This document shows positions 24,501 to 35,569 of a DNA stretch of 64,000 nt, one piece after another. The notes under the pieces were generated by a model that saw only the letters and a program-made list of their open reading frames with translations, was not told where the DNA came from and did not search any database. The DNA comes from Phoronis australis (Eukaryota; Animalia; Phoronida), in the NCBI GenBank assembly GCA_002633005.1, contig NMRA01000157.1:282785-346784 (forward strand), in the 5' to 3' direction. The translations under genes were made by a program, and so were the position numbers. The first letter of the stretch is position 1. Each line of letters opens with the position of its first letter.

Positions 24501-27500
24501 TCGCCAGTTACCATCGCTACCAGCTTTCAAGCTTTGTATCCAGTCGAATGATTCGTGTTCTTACTGGCTATCGTTATCGGAGGTGCCACACCCTACACGC
24601 CCCTTTGTAATTTCCCCCCTCCGGTGGACATAAATCCCCCGGCGACGGTCATGGATTACTTACTCGTGGGTAATTGTGACGGTTGCGCGGGGTTGATAGC
24701 TTCTAATTGATTCAATCTGTTACACACTTCGGAGTCGTCTTGAGTCGTTTAAAACGAGCTCTGTTTGATCAAGAACGTAAACTTTGTTTTTCAATCTATT
24801 CTGCAGGTCTTGTCTTAATTACAAATGCATCAAATTTTCGCGCTTGCCAGTTGTCGGTGGAAGCTTTCAATGTCCAAATCTTAGTCGTTGTTCTTTCCGT
24901 CAACCGGTGTGTGAAAATAGTCTGAATGTAAAGAACTTGAATTGTTATTCTGACAAGTAACCGAAGAATTGCATTATCTAATATCTGATACCAACATGTG
25001 ACGGTGCTGTTCTTTTAACCCAAGGTTTAGGTTGTCGATACCATTACGTAGCCGGTACTTGCAAGGAAACAACCAAATAAAATTATGTCAAAAATTATTT
25101 CCGATGAAAATTAACTTGTTTCTAAATGGAACAGTGGAGTTCCTGTCTGTGAAGCTCCACCGGTGCACGCGACTAGCAAAATAATTCCAAAATTATTTTT
25201 TCAAAGAGCATGGTGACAGATTAATTACTAGACTAAATATTCTTAAGAGCGTTCTCGAAAAAAACACTCCAAACGAGAGTTGAGGATTTCACGCCTGTGT
25301 GCGGAAAAATGTGTTTTGAATCGGCTCAGTTGTCGATTAATACGCACCATCATAACAACTTGCATTTTTCGCCTGTTGCCATAAATCTTACCGTGTTAAC
25401 ACAAACGTCGACGTTTTCATTTGCCTTTTGATTTTTAATACCCGGAAACTTCAATGTCTGTTGGTAATTAATACACGCGCTTCCTCTGACAGACAATAAA
25501 CTGTATGGCCATCCTGCACAGGAATATCTCACATTCTTCCAGTCATCCGAGAGTCTACAAGAATGCCGAGATATTGCTGACGGACTGTAGCGAATGTTCG
25601 TTTATGTCAAAGCACGCGTGCGCGTGCAGGTAGTTCACGAGTTTGCGTTGTTATTGGTGCAAAAGCTACGGATTACCTCTTGAGCCTCATGTGATTTTGA
25701 AATAGAATAAATTTATAATTAGAGTAACTGGGTTTGTCGAACTAATGAAGTGACGTCATTTCGTCCGCGGCGGGGATCCTGGGCTGTTTTCACGGATGGT
25801 GAAAATATTTCACGGCCTCTTGAGAGTCGTGATTAACCGTCAATTACTGTTATTGATTTTAACCACAAAAGCCCGTTACAACTTTTAGACTGATAGTGTT
25901 TAGTTGTTATCTCTTGCCATCCACTTACCCACCATTCTGGCTAAGGCGTGTGCAACAATCGTAGGCTCTATCCGTTTTTACAACTATTCAACGAAGCGCT
26001 TCAAAATCCGTAAATCAAATCTAAAATATTAAGCTATTGTGGAAAATAGTTTTGTTATTGATTGCGGCGATTTTGTAATGCGGCTTTCAAGCAAGTATTG
26101 CTCAGAAACTCGAAACTTTTTATCAGAAGCGATGTGTACCAAATCAGCTGATAAGAAAACGACTAGGATTACGGTAAAATCGCACCAATTTCGGAGAAAA
26201 ATAATTGCCAAATTGATTCTTTTTCATTTTTCAAACGCTTTTAATATTGCTTAGAATGTCCACAGTTGCTAGAAACATTGTCTGAAGGCAGGTATGACTT
26301 AGACATTTAAAATGGTGTAGCATTTATTTGGTGCTACTTATCTTTTATTAAAAAATGAAAAAATAAAATCTCACTAATCCGCCATATTGTGTCCTAAATC
26401 CTAAATTGTTGAGACTTTACCGTACATGCCTTTTTGATAACAACAGATTAGTTCAATTCCCCAAAAAACAGTTTGCCATAAGACGAACGGAAACAATCTT
26501 GCGTGTACAATTTCAACCAACTCGAGTTATCGTTGTGTTGAAGGACTCGTGGAAATTTCTGACAGCTATGTGCTTCTGTACTGGGACAAAAAGTTATGGA
26601 TGACTGAAGACATAGCACATTGAAATGTGTATCAGCGTTTCATTGTTTATATGATTTGTATGCGCTATAGGCGGAAGGCCCAAGTACGAATAAACGATTC
26701 GTTGCTATTTTTGTCTTGAGCTTTGCATCGGCGTAGCGAAGCTGCTCATCGATTCACTGCCAATTTTTGCTCAAATCCTGCACTGTTTGTGATGAAGTCC
26801 AACTCACTATTTGTTTATAATCCTTATCATAGGACTGGTGTGTTTAAAGCAGTAAGAATTTATACACAATCCACGGGAACGAGTGCTAAATCGAAAAACT
26901 TGGAAGTGAACGTATTCGTTCTGCAGATTTGTTAAGCCCAGCGTATACTGCACGAAGCGACTTACAACTCGTATGGACTGTCTCCGGTTCATCCCGCCGT
27001 AATTACGACTTAGTTCGGCGCACTTAAAGCTATATTTCGGCCTGTATAGCTGGCTAAAAACGAAAATTGAATCTCGTCTTTTGCTCTCAATAAGCCGGCC
27101 TTATAATAACCCTTACCGTGATNATAGTTTTGTTATTGATTGCGGCGATTTTGTAATGCGGCTTTCAAGCAAGTATTGCTCAGAAACTCGAAACTTTTTA
27201 TCAGAAGCGATGTGTACCAAATCAGCTGATAAGAAAACGACTAGGATTACGGTAAAATCGCATCAATTTCGGAGAAAAATAATTGCCAAATTGATTCTTT
27301 TTCATTTTTCAAACGCTTTTAATATTGCTTAGAATGTCCACAGTTGCTAGAAACATTGCCTGAAGGCAAGTATGACTTAGACATTTAAAATGGTGTAGCA
27401 TTTATTTGGTGCTACTTATCTTTTATTAAAAAATGAAAAAATAAAATCTCACTAGTCCGCCATATTGTGTCCTAAATCCTAAATTGTTGAGACTTCACCG

Positions 27501-30176
27501 TACATGACATTTTGATAACAACAGATTAGTTCAATTCCCCAAAAAAACAATTTGCCCTAAGACGAACGGACACAATCTTGCGTGTACAATTTCAACCAAC
27601 TCGAGTTATCGTTGTGTTGAAAACTCGTGGAAATTTATGACAGCTATGTGCTTCTGTACTGGGACAAAAAGTTATGGATGACTGAAGACATAGCACATTG
27701 AAATGTGTATCAGCGTTTCATTGTTTATATGATTTGTATGCGCTATAGGCGGAAGGCCCAAGTACGAATAAACGATTGGTTACTATTTTTGTCTTGAGCT
27801 TTGCATCGGCGTAGCGAAGCTGCTCATCGATTCACTGCCAATTTTTGCTCAAATCCTGCACTGTGGTGAAGTCCAACTCACTATTTGTTTATCATCCCTA
27901 TCATAGGACTGGTGTGTTTAAAGCAGTAAGAATTTATACACAATCCACGGGAACGAGTGCTAAATCGAAAAACTTGGAAGTGAACGTATTCGTTCCGCAG
28001 ATTTGTTAAGCCCAGCGTATACTGCACGAAGCGACTTACAACTCGTATGGACTGTCTCCGGTTCATCCCGCCGTAATTACGACTTAGTTCGGCGCACTTA
28101 AAGCTATATTTCGGCCTGTATAGCTGGCTAAAAACGAAAATTGAATCTCGTCTTTTGCTCTCAATAAGCCGGCCTTATAATAACCCTTACCGTGATAGGA
28201 TTCTATTTCCGGTAGCAACTGGAGTCGCTGGAAACGCGTGCATGTGCCATTTTCGACTTAGCAGTTTTAGGGTTGGCTAACATCATTAAACTCTGAAGCG
28301 TTTTGTTGACTGATATTCAAAATTAAAAAATGCTTTTGACATCAACAAAAACTTAACATTTTTACGAACAAACCGTAAAAATACCTGGTGAACAGGTTGA
28401 ATTCTGCTTCTGTGGCAGAGAACCATTTTGAATTATGTAATCTAGTCTGTTTTTCGCGTTCCAAGCCTCTTTAAGGCCTGACAGGCGAGCGAGCGACGTG
28501 ATTCTTTTGATCGTAACTGGATTTCTGTTGCAGTGTCCGCGTTGCTTGCAAGTGACCAGTACGACGAGAGCGATGTCGCGCAACTGAAAATTGAAATGGA
28601 AAATATTTTTCGGCGCCCCTCGCGTTTTCGCGTTGTTTGAGCCAATCACGCCGCACGCGTTTTTGATTTGTCAGTGACAATTTTGTTTACATCTTCGACA
28701 CTCTCATTCATTTGGTAAGGCAAGGAAGTTATTGTGTGACACACCATGTGTCAATTACAAAGGCATGTGCTTTAAAACATGTTCGAAGTAGACTGGTCAT
28801 GAAGTTAACATGATAGGTAAGAAACATTGGATTTGGTCGTCGTATTTGCGTGCGCAACTTTTCACCAGACGTTACAAGAACTAGTAGTTCTGAACTGCCT
28901 GCTTGTTATAATTTTAATATAAAATAGTTATCCTTGCAGTCGGCGGTTCGCAATAAAATAAAATTGAAATTCGTGGTCAGTCCATCCAACACGGTAACAG
29001 TATTTCTTCTTCAGCGCTGTTTACTATGCCTGCTAACATTTCAGCGCCCATTGTGGCCGCCCGTTCGCGTGACATCGTAACGCGAATTTCGTATGCGTCG
29101 GTCGCTCACGTGCAACCTGGCCAGGCGATTTATTGGTGAGTCGCGTCGCGTCGCGGCGCGTGCTGTGCGGCTAGCTTAAGAGACCGCACTATGTTCAATC
29201 TGTTGTTATATTTTATATTTTTTCCTTGTCAGAAACGACGAACAGGATGGTCGCGAACTGTTTGTAGTAGTGGTTGTAATTGCAAACCTATCACTGCCTC
29301 ATCAGTGAGTAATGTGTTTACTCACACAACACCTAACTGAGACTATAGGCATCAATAATCTCAGGCATGCTCTGTCTCTCGTGTTTTATTGATAATTTAA
29401 TTTTTATTTGAAGATTATGTCGAACTTTATGTTCTGTTCAGCCGAGATGAACGAGGAGCAAGCATTTTTCAAGTTTGGAAAAACGTTCGTAGCTGTCTTT
29501 GGTTTTATCAACATTTTCCCTTGGTCTGCACTATTTTCACCCTCGTCTGCTTGAAATGTTGACGTCGTCGTCGACGATTGGTTGTAACGTGTTGTAAATT
29601 TTGTTTTAATAGTTAATATGCATGTAAATAAAATTGATTTTACGGTACGCGGGATTTGGTGATTCTAATTCTGTAACTACAGTATAGCACTATCTTTAAC
29701 GCAGAGAAATATGCCGATTATGTGGATGGGTTTTAGATAGGCCATGATCACCTCTATTGACATTTCACGGTTCTGAATGCTTAGAATACTTCTCTACGGG
29801 CGGTGTTGGTCGCGCGTGCCGTGACGTAATAGGTGTTGGACTAAGGTGTTCATTTCACGTGTCTTGTTCAAGGTAGCAGAATCTACGAGGCATACGCCTG
29901 AACCCTCGATAGTGATCAGTCGTGGTTGTTGTTTCGTGTTTTTTTCAGTTCCAGTTTTGGCGAAAGGTATAGAATATGTATATGAATGTGGTTAAACTCT
30001 GTTTTCAGACAAAAGTTCTGGCGTCCGACACCAAACCTGACACAAGTACAACGCAAGAGGATAGTACGAAAACTACGTCTCAAACGGACGAAAATTTGGG
30101 AGCGAGTTCCGACTCCTCGTCCGAAACACTGCCGGTCGCGATGAACAGTTCTGATGGTACAGAGGCCGCGACATGA
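433..30176 (+). CDS. HTATSF1: HIV Tat-specific factor 1 (U2 snRNP-associated, RRM + UHM), spliced gene span
   Basis: Exons 433-594, 1877-2249, 3519-3721, 4194-4363, 4864-4960 (or its copy 6710-6806), 15337-15426, 17218-17442, 30009-30176 join in frame (1488 nt). Motifs: YEWDAVKKAWFPK-IDDDFIAKYQ, NVYVSGLP, KGDGLCCYIK, LNGRWFAG, WDGKTKY. Confidence 0.93.
1877..2249 (+). CDS. HTATSF1: HTATSF1 coding exon 2 (Tyr-rich/acidic linker)
   Basis: tttcag|IDDDFIAKYQMSYG...KRKEPP|gtgagt, ends phase 1. Confidence 0.92.
3519..3721 (+). CDS. HTATSF1: HTATSF1 coding exon 3 (RRM1)
   Basis: cttcag|WFEAEPDHLPNVYVSGLPTDIT...KGDGLCCYIK|gtgagc. Confidence 0.95.
4194..4363 (+). CDS. HTATSF1: HTATSF1 coding exon 4
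   Basis: ttttag|PESVELALQIL...VERAKFELKGAFDPSKRKKK...QE|gtaagc, ends phase 2. Confidence 0.94.
4864..4960 (+). CDS. HTATSF1: HTATSF1 coding exon 5 (copy A)
   Basis: tttcag|LFSWTPEKKEFSRGKNEKVVILQHVFDPKEFE|gtgagt; phases fit both neighbours. Confidence 0.9.
6710..6806 (+). CDS. HTATSF1: HTATSF1 coding exon 5 (copy B, probably the other haplotype)
   Basis: Same 97-nt exon with two synonymous changes (CTG>TTG, CCT>CCG), inside the block duplicated after N 6411. Confidence 0.55.
9423..11786. mobile_element. Non-autonomous TA-flanked DNA transposon (Tc1/mariner/pogo-like)
   Basis: Perfect 24-bp TIR CCAGGGTTTTCCGTAGATAAGCCC at 9423 and inverted at 11763-11786, TA on both sides, no transposase. 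True length is ~1.5 kb once the duplicated block is removed. Confidence 0.85.
10649..12366. repeat. Near-identical direct duplication 10649-11487 / 11489-12366 around N 11488
   Basis: Duplicate ORFs in the track; the junction is exactly at the N. Confidence 0.93.
15337..15426 (+). CDS. HTATSF1: HTATSF1 coding exon 6 (UHM)
   Basis: tttcag|HEPTLINEIRADMRSECIKFGEVRKVTVHD|gtaagt. Confidence 0.94.
17218..17442 (+). CDS. HTATSF1: HTATSF1 coding exon 7 (UHM end)
   Basis: ttgcag|RNPDGTVSIFFK...LNGRWFAG...WDGKTKY...EEERAKRLKEWEQYLE...TSQ|gtggga. Confidence 0.94.
18231..18500. repeat. 20-bp minisatellite, consensus ATTAATATTGGCCAAGCTTG, ~13 units
   Basis: Directly visible periodicity, with a partial 60-bp higher-order unit. 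Confidence 0.92.
22274..22387. mobile_element. ~115-bp palindromic MITE-like element
   Basis: Arms CTGGGCAATAGTC...TTTTGAGAACCAGTTT and AAACTGGTTCTCAAAA...GACTATTGCCCAG; relatives near 8400-8460, 37980-38070 and 45975-46085. Confidence 0.85.
26046..28196. repeat. Near-identical direct duplication 26046-27122 / 27124-28196 around N 27123
   Basis: Same pattern; the junction is exactly at the N. Confidence 0.93.
30009..30176 (+). CDS. HTATSF1: Probable HTATSF1 terminal exon (Ser/Thr/acidic tail)
   Basis: ttttcag acceptor, phase 0 matches exon 7, TKVLASDTKPD...EAAT*, AATAAA at 30384. Low complexity, so linkage is inferred. Confidence 0.7.
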   Translation, partial: TKVLASDTKPDTSTTQEDSTKTTSQTDENLGASSDSSSETLPVAMNSSDGTEAAT

Positions 30177-30383
30177 CATCGAAAAAGGACATTTTCGCCA
30201 AAATATTAATCTGTATATACAGACGTATATAGTGCTGTTTGTAAACCATATTGGGTATTGTAAAATTACACGTTTTAACTATTTTAATTGTGCTTGTCAA
30301 AATTGTATGTGGTGACATTTTTCAGAAATTGGCCTCGATTTCTTGTGAATTGATCTTGGTCTTCTTGTAGGGTCGCCGAGAGA

Positions 30384-30389
30384 AATAAA
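30384..30389 (+). terminator. Polyadenylation signal candidate, HTATSF1
   Basis: AATAAA ~210 nt after the stop, followed by T/GT-rich sequence. Confidence 0.55.
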
Positions 30390-33177
30390 ATTGTTGAGGA
30401 AAAGTGGAATGTTTTGCTGGTTATTCTCAATAGAGTTATTTTTCAATACTGTTTGATTTTTGTTTTCTATAAATTAAATCCTTTTGATTACGAACTACGA
30501 ATTTTCATTTACCTCACACATTCGTCTTTTATTTAACATTTAATTTGAAAAATTGTAGTGTTCTTTTTTGTTCCTTATTAGTAAGCTTCTCTTCACATCC
30601 TGTCCTGTCATTTGTTTGTTGAATTTTGTCCAGGTGGAATAATACCATTATGTATACCTAAAGTTTGTGATCTTTGTCGCGTGCCAACCGTAAGTTGGTT
30701 CTCCGATTTGTTTATCTCCGATGCTCTTATAAACTGTCACTCAAGACACAAATATTTGAACAAAGTGTACGACCGCCAGCTGTCGTGAAAGACTCATTAA
30801 GGAGGTAGAACCTTGGGTAGATTTGCTGGATTTAGGTCTGTCGGTGTTCTGTGAATGTAAAACTAGTTTGTGTTTACTGAACTTTATGTCGTTTGTTCGT
30901 TTGATGATGAAAGGAAACATTTTTGGAATAATGTCATTGAATCGAATTTACGTGTAGTATCCCAATGCGGTTTTCGTTCTTGCATATAGATAAACTTCGT
31001 ATGTTGTTAAGTGTAATTCTCTGCCACCAGTTTCAAGGTCACCAGTTAAAGTTTTTATAAACGGACTGTTTTTGAAACTGGGCTTCAGCTACATCGCCAA
31101 ATTATTTAATGTGTTGAACCCCCTCTCAAACGCGAAAGGCATGTTTTTGTGGTGAAGCTTCGCAAATTGAATTAATGATGCAATGTTGTACTAAACCTAA
31201 GTGTCCTTGTATGCCCTTCTGATCTCAAGGTGCCAGGTGCCTACCATGTTACTGTAGTCGGGGAGAGGAAAATTCACTTTATTGGCATTTCTTTTAGAAT
31301 CAAGAGCCATAATCAGTTTTGTCTGATTCTTGAGCACTGTTGGACTTTCCAGTGGATTCACCTGCGACAGGCAGACTATATGTCATCTGCCAGCACTCAC
31401 GTGTCGGCTATTAACATTTCAAATGTAACATTTACCAAATGTTTATTTGTAGTTTAATTTGTCGTGTGCCTTCCGTTGTTTTTATAACAGAATGCCTGGT
31501 GATGAAGCTGGCGTGTTGAAAGATATTGTATACCGTTGATCTAAACGTGGATTAGCTGCCGTGTCTGGAGCAATTTTTTTTGCCTAACCGCGCGTGTATT
31601 ACCGGTGATTTCTGTAAGCCCTGGGGTCTACAGTGTGTTCGCGGATTTAGGTTCATGGCCTGTATCCGAAACTGCACACGCGCTTTGCACATGCGGGCGC
31701 ATTTGTTTAGACGTCGTTTGTGTCGGCTGGCGACTATGCGCTTGTCTTAAACTGGATTGCGTTTCGTAGAGGTATGCAAGAAACTCGCAAAAACGCAAGA
31801 CCAGACAATTCTTCGTGATATTGTAAGCGAAATATGTAATCACTCCAACTTTTTCGCGGGTGTTTTGCGTCTACAGAACCCGCGCCGAATTATTGTGTGT
31901 CTTGTAAATTCCATCATGAACATTAAACTGAAATCGCGTCAATGTCTACGGTTTTGAAACGGTCTCGTCAAACTTCGTTCGCCTTGTATGCTACTTCAGA
32001 AGCTTGGTTTTGCTTACGTGTTTAGCGTTTAGGCGGATGCGCCTAAGTCCGAATACCGACTTCGCTTCATATGTATGACATTCGGCAAAGGTTACAAAAT
32101 ATGGCCCACGCTTTGATACACGGAGCTTCCTTCTATTTACCTGGCTTACTAAAAGGATCGGAACAAGACTGCGATAGATAGAACGCCCATATATTTGCGC
32201 GTGCATGGGATTTATTTTTTTTAAGAAAAATGCTGCTTACTAATTTTTTAATTCAAACATGCGGTTTTACCGGATTTGCACTCGTGCACGAAAATTCATT
32301 ATTATACCTATTCCGCTGATAAGGTCCCATTTCTGAAAGTACTTGTGGGCCGCACTCACGGTGTTCCATGAAAAAGGTCTGCATTTACGAATGCTTTCCG
32401 GTTTTACTACCAGACATCTTGAAGTGGGATATATCACGAAATTTTCATTACACCGAAAGAATTCATTTGGGTTTATTGTGAAACGACATAACAGTGTTAC
32501 ACAACATTTCACAATTTGTTCTCGGCGACGTTATTTCGGGTTACTGTACATGTGCCTTTGGTGATTGGTATCGTCTGCTGAATAACTGTTTTTATTTTCG
32601 CGTATTCTTTAAGTCGCTATTACCATGTGATCTTATTTTAGTGGTTTTTTCTAGATTTTATTTCGAAAATGTGAACTAGTTCGTGAGGTCCTAAACATGG
32701 CCCCAGATCACAGCAGAGACCATTCCGCTCAAAATAACTTTAAAATAAGTTGTGCAGACATTACGGCGTTTTAACATCCAGTGAAAGTCGCACGAAGTTT
32801 TTTAAACTCCACACATTTCAGTTTTTATCGCCTTAGAAGTTGGGTCAAAAACGGAAGGTCCAACACACGGTTATCGCTTTGCACTATTTTGGCGGAAGCT
32901 TTTGCTTCCGCTTTGCCTATTCACAAAATTGTTGAAAATCGAAAATATTGAAAGGTACGTGTTTTCCTACTGGAATTTGCTTTCGTTATTACGATTGAAG
33001 GTGACACTGTTTCGTATTACCTTGTGTGTCGTGGCATACACAATTAAAAATGTGAGTTCACTGTAGGATTCTTGTGTTTATCGTGACGGCCCAAAATGGT
33101 ACAGTTGTGCATAAATACAGCACCCTTCGTAGTAAACACGCTAAAGGCAATCAAAAATTGAAATGTACTTGTCCCAA

Positions 33178-34116
33178 AGGCGGATTTAGGGGGGCGCCCC
33201 CCTCCCCCTTGGTTGCCGCAAAAAAAATAAAACAGCAAGAGCGTAGGGAAATGTTGAGTTTATTGATTAATCCCGGTAATTAAACTTATATGGCTGAAAC
33301 AAGATTTAAATGTATGCAGTTTTAGTGTTGGGGGAGGGGGGCTCAGATCCAATTTCAATTGTCAAATTCGGAACACGACGCAATCGTAACGGAACTATGG
33401 CTAAGTATAGGCTCTCCCGCGATAACTCAGGCGACCGGCAGTGGCGCTGGGCACTACGACTCTGTTTCCGCCCTCTGCTTCACTGTGCAGTGAAGAAAAT
33501 TACTTCATTTTTTAAAGAAAATGGAATCGTTGTGATGAAAAAACAGAAGCTGATGGTAAGATGTCAATTTTAATCAAAGCCTTAGTGAATCACTTAGAAA
33601 CTCAATTCTCTCTTTGTCAAACCTTAACTTAAGATGATTTCCAAAGCAATAAATCGCGTCATTATTGCCATCACAAAAAACGGATTTGGTCTTTTGGGCA
33701 ATTGAAGACTATTTTAAATACAACAAATTTGATACGAACTGATTGCACAAAATAAACATGTAATAAACATTACAAAAAGAAGGTTTCGCGCGCAAACGCT
33801 GTGGACCATAAACAAGTAGGTCTCTTAGTATCGAGTTAGGAGTTAAATTGTGGTGGTGCAGTGGTAAAGCTCGCGCGCGCTCTATCCGCCAGGTCGTGAG
33901 TTCGACACTTTCTCCGTTTTTTTTTTTGCCTTTTTTCTTGGATAATACTTCAGGAATCAAGGAAAATGCTTGAATTTTAGAGCGAAAAACAGAAAAATTT
34001 CCTGGCGGGAGTGGGTTCCCCCCATTCGGTGCTATGCACATCTACAATCGTGCTTTGACCAAATGTTTACAGAAAAAAATGTTGCCCCCCTTTGTGATAT
34101 TCTAGATCCGCCACTG
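33178..34116. mobile_element. GGCGGAT-terminated non-autonomous element
   Basis: GGCGGATTTAGGGGGG...CTAGATCCGCCACTG; similar ends near 20850, 53284-53430, 53975-53998 and 56081, next to the N-gaps. Confidence 0.6.
33850..33912 (+). mobile_element. tRNA-derived SINE-like head
   Basis: A-box TGGTGCAGTGG and B-box GAGTTCGAC at tRNA spacing, then a T-run; no complete cloverleaf. Confidence 0.5.
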
Positions 34117-35494
34117 TGTCCCCATATCACGAGAGTTTCGAACTCGTTTCAAATTCATTTACTGAATAATTCACCTTGAAGCCTTTGATCTCTGTTTAGT
34201 TGTTTCTTTGGAATTTGCGCATTTGAGGTTAGAGTTTAAACTCAAAAAATTTTTTCGTTCATGTTTTACTCAAAGTTTGTGAAAATTCTCTCTTGTTTTA
34301 CATAACGTTTTGATATCGGAGGCAAGAATGTGTTAAGCGCGCTTTGTGTTTGGATGGTCGGCGTGCCTCAATTAAAGGACAAATTAAACGCCATTGCTAA
34401 ATGTTTAATGATTGGTCATGTTGAGACACCGGATAGTTTGATACAAATATCCAAAATGCCAAGCGTTACACCTGCGTGCCTGACACGATCTTGGGCACTA
34501 CCTATGTCGGTTAGTCGATGATTGAAGTGCGTCCGCTAATACACAAGAGCGGCGATTTTCAACATTGTGTTTATGAGCCTGTGAGAGTTTGAAAACAGTA
34601 CTTCATCAACTTTTTAGTGCACGATTTTGTAAAAATATCTTCTAAGATACACAACTGCCCATGGAGTTCGGGTCATCTTGTAAGGCAATCGTGTGATGGA
34701 TTTGCTCGACCAGGGGCAAAATGTTCTATACTGACGGAAGAGTAACTGGACATTAGGTCACATGTTTTGATTTTACTCCACTTTCTTCGGACAAATAAAC
34801 CAACCTTCACAAATGCGCTTTTGCAGATTGGCTGGTCTTGTACCACCAAATCTGTTCTGGTGTAACATGTTTTTGTTTCTTCGAATTTTGTGTTTGAAAT
34901 TAAATAGCATCAAAGGAATTGCAAGGCGCGCTTTTCTACTTACCCAAATTTGCTTAAAATGTAGCGACCAAAATGTTAGTTGATACGGAGTGATATTTGT
35001 ATGAAATTACTGGGTGATTTATGTGCTTTCTGTTGCAGTTATCCGCTTCCGACAATGATTTACGCGAATGAAGCAACTGCCATATTTCGGCTAGATTGCT
35101 TTTGTCGTATCTCATAGATAACTTATGGTTATTGTTCATTGAGTCTTATTTTGAAAAGAACATGTCCGTCAAAAATCCACATGTATAGGTGTAAGCCAAA
35201 TCTCAAGATTGGAACGGGCGTTACTTGTCGCGGCGTTGTCAACAACTTTGCTGTACCGTCAATGTCTAGTTAGCAAGAGAACGACCGTTTTCAAAGAAAC
35301 GAAACCAGGCAATATGTTACAGCTTTAAGGAGAGTTACATCTCAATTCTGTAGATGTCTTATTTGCGGATCTGTCAAACATGATGAAGTAAGCCAAGTGT
35401 GGCCAAGATGAGTTTGTTCACGAAGCGCCGCCCACAAATACCAGACCATTACAAAACCCCTGTACGGCTGTTGGCCAACAGTCGGATCACTACC

Positions 35495-35569
35495 ATGAGC
35501 GTGGACGTCATGTTTCCTGCCTACACGGGCTACTATCCCTACCGTCGGATATCTTATAATGAATCGAAG
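35495..35569 (+). CDS. vg: vestigial-like coding exon 1
   Basis: accATG context; MSVDVMFPAYTGYYPY...K resembles the VGLL2 start MSCLDVMY; donor gtaggt at 35570; candidate acceptor tctgtag ends at 35353. Confidence 0.8.

Noticed and set aside
26039-28066. Duplicated short ORFs
   Set aside because: Products of the N-27123 duplication and MITE sequence.
25480-32730. TEAD/Su(H) autoregulatory site cluster for vestigial
   Set aside because: Only scattered partial matches (CATTC, GAATG), not clearly above chance by eye.
33850-33912. Functional tRNA gene
   Set aside because: A and B boxes are present but there are no proper acceptor or anticodon stems; treated as a SINE-like head.
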